NCBI GenBank assembly: GCA_030424955.1
Contig: JAUHVS010000075.1
Span: 1 to 14,498, forward strand
DNA: 14,498 nt
Source of the DNA: a bacterium
GTDB taxonomy: Bacteria > Myxococcota_A > Bradymonadia > UBA7976 > UBA1532
Direction of reading: 5' to 3'
The notes under the pieces are model-generated. The model ran no database searches, had not been told where the DNA came from, and was given only the letters and a program-made list of their open reading frames with translations. Within the stretch, counting starts at the first letter, position 1. Each line of letters starts with the position of its first letter. The translations under genes were made by a program, and so were the position numbers. Positions 13,856 through 14,498 of the stretch are shown piece after piece.

Positions 13856-14447
13856 CGCGGGCGCTGAGATCGTCCATCTGCTCTTCGCGGGCCGCCTGGA
13901 CCGCGATCCCCGTGATCGCGCCCGCAGAGGCGGCGATCGCCGCGACGGTCAGCCAGAAGTACCACTTCTTGACGATCCGCTCCTTTGGCTTCGGCGGCGG
14001 CGGCCTGGCCTTCGTCGGTCCAGGCTTCGGATCGAGGGCTGCGAGGCGGGCAGCTCGGGCCTCGTCGAGCTCCTCACGGTGGGTCGAGTCGGGCTCGTCC
14101 AAGGCGGCCCCGCGCGACTCCTCCTGCAGCTCCTTGATGGTCGCGGTCGCGGTCTCGCGTTCGGAGACCGCGTCCTCGTCGAGCGCCTCGCGGTAGCCGC
14201 TCCAGGCCGCGATCGCGGCCTCGTAGTCGCCGAGCGCGGTCGCGGCCTCGGCCTCCTTGGCCCAATTGGCCGGGCTCGGATCGTCCTCGCGGGCGGCGAC
14301 GGCGAGCTCGCGAGCTCGGGTCAGGTCACCGGCTTCGAGCGCGGCCTCCACAGACGAGGCGGAGGCCGCCGGCGCGGCGAGAAGCGGCCGGGGTCCGAGG
14401 CAGAGGCCGACGCTGAGGGTCGCGACGAGGAGGGAGACGCAGGACAT
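13809..14447 (-). CDS. Small (212 aa) exported TPR-like / bitopic membrane protein, first gene of the flotillin cluster
   Basis: N-terminal signal-peptide-like segment (MSCVSLLVATLSVGLCLGPRPLLAAPAASA). Two TPR-like helical hairpins (AALEAGDLTRARELAVAA... ATALGDYEAAIAAWSGYREAL). Acidic segment. Pro/Lys-rich linker. C-terminal TM helix (WYFWLTVAAIAASAGAITGIAV) and a short tail. Same strand as, and overlapping or abutting, the flotillin start. Confidence 0.65.
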   Translation of the reverse strand: MSCVSLLVATLSVGLCLGPRPLLAAPAASASSVEAALEAGDLTRARELAVAAREDDPSPANWAKEAEAATALGDYEAAIAAWSGYREALDEDAVSERETATATIKELQEESRGAALDEPDSTHREELDEARAARLAALDPKPGPTKARPPPPKPKERIVKKWYFWLTVAAIAASAGAITGIAVQAAREEQMDDLSARGGAVPTGPGGFVVRF

Positions 14448-14498
14448 GCGCCCGCTCGAGCGGCGCTCCGGCGCTCGCGCTCCGTGGCGGCGGGCAGC

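Noticed and set aside
1-14498. CRISPR array, transposase/IS element, integrase, rRNA or tRNA genes
   Set aside because: No regularly spaced direct repeats with unique spacers, no terminal inverted repeats flanking an ORF, no recombinase-like ORF, and no sequence with rRNA/tRNA character were found on either strand.

Overview
This is a 14.5-kb window of very GC-rich DNA (about 70-73% GC). The strong G/C bias at codon third positions produces many spurious long ORFs in all six frames. I support six real genes.

(1) + strand, 1..3858, open to the window's 5' edge. A giant secreted repeat protein with three tandem 1122-bp (374-aa) modules: a lamin-tail-domain (LTD)-like domain, a beta-sandwich domain, and a Cys-rich mini-domain (absent from module 3). 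These are followed by a fourth beta-sandwich and a C-terminal PSCyt1-type c-type cytochrome domain carrying CxxCH.

(2, 3) + strand. A HipB/HipA type II toxin-antitoxin pair with a GTGA start/stop overlap. The HipA catalytic motifs are intact. A candidate promoter and nested-palindrome operator lie upstream.

(4-6) - strand, convergent with hipA. A tightly linked three-gene cluster:
- a small signal-peptide/TPR-like bitopic membrane protein of 212 aa;
- an unusually long SPFH/flotillin family protein of 752 aa;
- a 1912-aa giant protein. It has about 1300 aa of N-terminal domains I cannot assign, a central AAA+ ATPase of the AAA_5 (MoxR/McrB/dynein-like) type with a non-canonical Asp-Asp Walker B, a C-terminal array of Gly/Ala-rich amphipathic helical repeats, a Pro-rich linker, and a small C-terminal domain.

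Two strong GC hairpins sit in the 121-bp gap between the flotillin gene and the giant gene. The flotillin-plus-giant-AAA+ cluster is the most likely candidate for an undescribed system.

No rRNA, tRNA, CRISPR array or transposase was seen. The domain types and GC content suggest a Myxococcota-like origin; this is inference only.
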